Made by a program: the position numbers and the translations under genes
Shown: in pieces, positions 60,208-62,212 of the stretch
Position numbering within the stretch: position 1 is the first letter of the stretch
Layout: the number at the start of each line of letters is the position of its first letter
DNA from: Patescibacteria group bacterium
Lineage (GTDB): Bacteria; Patescibacteriota; Gracilibacteria; UM-FILTER-43-11
Direction of reading: 5' to 3'
Assembly: GCA_029260955.1 (NCBI GenBank)
Contig: JAJDCF010000007.1
Span: forward strand, 1-62,212
DNA: 62,212 nt
Notes under the pieces: model-generated
Databases searched by the model: none
Told to the model about the DNA's origin: nothing
What the model saw: only the letters and a program-made list of their open reading frames with translations

Positions 60208-60236
60208 TTGCTATGTTGAGATAATTTTGGTATAAT
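60208..60236 (+). promoter_or_regulatory. Strong sigma70-type promoter with no downstream CDS
   Basis: TTGCTA-17-TATAAT with TGn extension. Confidence 0.7.
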
Positions 60237-60242
60237 GATATG

Positions 60243-60684
60243 AAACGTAAGAAAAGATGTTCCTTAAAAATTAGATCTGAGTGAGAGAAACCTGTCTTAG
60301 AAACAAAAATAAAATTCATTTTTTATTTTCTAATTATATTTACGGCTTTAATAATTTTCGAAATTATTAATGTGAATATTATTAGATTATCTTGGGCAGG
60401 TTCCTCTCACTGATGAATATTGTTAATTTACTAACGAAACAGAAATAAAAGTTTTCTTTTTTACTGCCTAGCCCCCTAGGTTAGTGAATGGTTTACATAA
60501 TGTTCCTGATTTAGTTCAGGTTATGGGTTTTGTTGGAGCTTAGTAGTCACTGCATTTACTTCGGTATGTGTTGTGGTTGTTAAGATTTAGCTTTTGATTC
60601 GGTGATTGGACTAAAAAACTCTGGTGTTGATTCTACTTCGGTAGATTCTCCTGGGGTTTTTTAGCGTCCCGAAATCTTTTTGCA
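60243..60684 (+). ncRNA. Candidate ~440-nt structured non-coding RNA of unknown class
   Basis: Promoter, no substantial ORF, 22-position stem 60280-60301/60390-60411, G-U-rich stems, two cUUCGg loops. Confidence 0.6.
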
Positions 60685-60709
60685 TAAAAAAAAGACCCAG
60701 GAGGGTCTT
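60685..60709 (-). terminator. Terminator of the 96-aa gene
   Basis: AAGACCC-AGGA-GGGTCTT preceded by an A tract (U tract on minus strand). Confidence 0.7.
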
Positions 60710-60729
60710 AATAAATTACTTAATCCAGC

Positions 60730-61020
60730 TTAGGCAGCTGTATCAGGTATTCTTATGTCATTGTCGTTGGCTGGTATGGCTGTGGGATAGATCGCTCCGA
60801 TGGATTCTGCGGCAAGTTCTGTGTGGTGCTGTGTGACTGAGAAGTTTGCACCATTCTTATCTACAGTAAGTCTTAATGCGCCACGAATGTCATTAATAAG
60901 CCTTGGAATACCCTTGGTCATCATTGCTTCAATAACTGACTCTTTGCTGATAATCCCTCTATTGCCTTCTCGCTCAATCAGATCGAGAAATTCCATTAGG
61001 GAATAGTTTTTTTGACTCAT
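60730..61020 (-). CDS. Hypothetical protein with ssrA-like C-terminus
   Basis: 96 aa; own promoter (TTGATT-17-TATACT) and terminator; ends PANDNDIRIPDTAA. Confidence 0.65.
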   Translation of the reverse strand: MSQKNYSLMEFLDLIEREGNRGIISKESVIEAMMTKGIPRLINDIRGALRLTVDKNGANFSVTQHHTELAAESIGAIYPTAIPANDNDIRIPDTAA

Positions 61021-61275
61021 TAGTTTTTTTGTTATCTTCCAAGTATACCTTAAATAAGGGGGGAAATCAATACTAATAAGTGTTAAGTTGGAAGGATTTG
61101 CCGTATTATTGATATAATATTGACAAAGCTTAAATTATATATTATTATTGCCTACTCCTGTATCGACAGATTAATAGTTTTGTATTACGGGATCTCCCCC
61201 AAGTTGCCTTTCTATGTAAAAATAGAAGTTATCTTGGGGCGTTTTTGTATCGGTAAACCCCTCCCGATATGAAAT

Positions 61276-62212
61276 ATGAAAAGAGTAGCTGCAATTATTA
61301 TTTCCTTCCTATTAGTCCTCAGTCAGGCGAATTTGGTGGTTTTTGCTCAAGAGTTGCCAATTGAGGAGTCCGTTCCTGTTGTAGAGGAAGCTGTTGAGCA
61401 GTTGCCAGTGGAACCGGAGCCTGTGTTGATTGAAGAATCTCCTCCTGAAGAGCCAATTCCCGAACCCGAACCCGAACCCGAACCCGAACCCGAACCCGAA
61501 CCCGAACCCGAACCCGAACCCGAACCCGAACCCGAACCCGAACCCGAACCCGAACCCGAACCCGAACCCGAACCCGAACCCGAACCGCAGTCGCCTGTAG
61601 TATTTATTAATGAAATTCTTGCTGACCCTAAAGAGAAGGATGCTGAGAATGAATTTATAGAAATCTATAATGCTGGAACTGAATCAGTTGATCTTCGTGG
61701 TTGGCAATTGGATGATACGAAGGTTGATGACGGATCGTATTTCTTTTTGAACGATTCACTTGATTATGTTTTGCAGCCAAATTCTTATTTGGTCCTTTTT
61801 AGACCTGAGACACACATAACTCTAAACAATGACACTGATTCAGTTATTCTTCTTGATGCCAATGGGAATGAAATCGATTCATATGTGTTCGAGTCTCCGG
61901 GCGCTGGCCTTTCGTGGGGTAGGAGCCCAGAATATATTGAAGAATGGATGATATTTAAAACCCCTACACCAGGATCAGTTAATGTGATTGAACCAAATGA
62001 TTTACCTGTGGCGGTGATTGATATTCAGCAAGATACTGCTTATATGAAGCTTAATGTTACGGGTGCAAATAGCTTTGATACTGATGGAGATGTGCTTAGC
62101 TTTTTGTGGGAATTCGAGGAAGATATTTTTGATGAGCGTGAAAATCCGTTGATTTATGAATATTTGACGATTGGGGATAAGGTAGTGTATCTGACCGTCA
62201 TTGATATTCATG
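61276..62212 (+). CDS. Secreted lamin-tail-domain + PKD-like protein (partial; runs off the window; missing from ORF track)
   Basis: [25 protein letters not shown]; (PE)21; [45 protein letters not shown]. Confidence 0.88.
   Translation, partial: MKRVAAIIISFLLVLSQANLVVFAQELPIEESVPVVEEAVEQLPVEPEPVLIEESPPEEPIPEPEPEPEPEPEPEPEPEPEPEPEPEPEPEPEPEPEPEPEPEPQSPVVFINEILADPKEKDAENEFIEIYNAGTESVDLRGWQLDDTKVDDGSYFFLNDSLDYVLQPNSYLVLFRPETHITLNNDTDSVILLDANGNEIDSYVFESPGAGLSWGRSPEYIEEWMIFKTPTPGSVNVIEPNDLPVAVIDIQQDTAYMKLNVTGANSFDTDGDVLSFLWEFEEDIFDERENPLIYEYLTIGDKVVYLTVIDIH
61459..61584 (+). repeat. (CCCGAA)21 perfect hexanucleotide tandem repeat
   Basis: 21 identical in-frame copies encoding Pro-Glu. Confidence 0.97.

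Noticed and set aside
60240..60284. Mini-ORF MKRKKRCSLKIRSE
   Set aside because: ATG is only 3 nt after the -10 box, probably upstream of the TSS; 14 codons
60275..60445. Hammerhead ribozyme (CTGATGA at 60410 ... GAAAC at 60436)
   Set aside because: Stem II lacks the closing pair next to the core, and no GUH/stem III partner is correctly placed
62002..62211. 69-aa minus-strand ORF
   Set aside because: Antisense to the open LTD/PKD gene on the + strand

Overview
A 62-kb chromosomal segment, most likely from a Patescibacteria (CPR) genome, probably Peregrinibacteria-like. This is inferred from gene content, AT-rich starts without clear Shine-Dalgarno motifs, and TGA used as a stop codon, which argues against code-25 Gracilibacteria/SR1. 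The backbone is housekeeping: fba-gap-PPi-pfk, lemA, ftsQ, dacA, yidD, nrnA-like, murC/murD/murJ, tig, relA/spoT, gpmI, rny, tRNA-fMet and tRNA-Val. It also carries an S-layer gene with strong codon bias, a PAS histidine kinase with response regulator, and an RsbW-STAS/SpoIIE partner-switch pair. The main candidates for undescribed biology are: (1) an 18-kb operon with a >4300-aa SLH-anchored surface protein (apparently a split, inactive C25/caspase-like fold, FG-GAP repeats, DUF11, a Pro/Cys-rich helical core and TSP3 repeats) plus four closely coupled Cys-rich secreted proteins; (2) a promoter-driven, ORF-less, ~440-nt structured RNA candidate divergent from rny; (3) an integron-like tyrosine recombinase with nested dyad/att-like sites; (4) two orphan proteins ending in ssrA-tag-like degrons; (5) an unannotated Xis/BldC-like HTH gene behind 10-bp-phased repeats; (6) a possibly leaderless initiator tRNA with U1-A72, plus non-canonical start codons. 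All calls come from reading the sequence; no searches were run.
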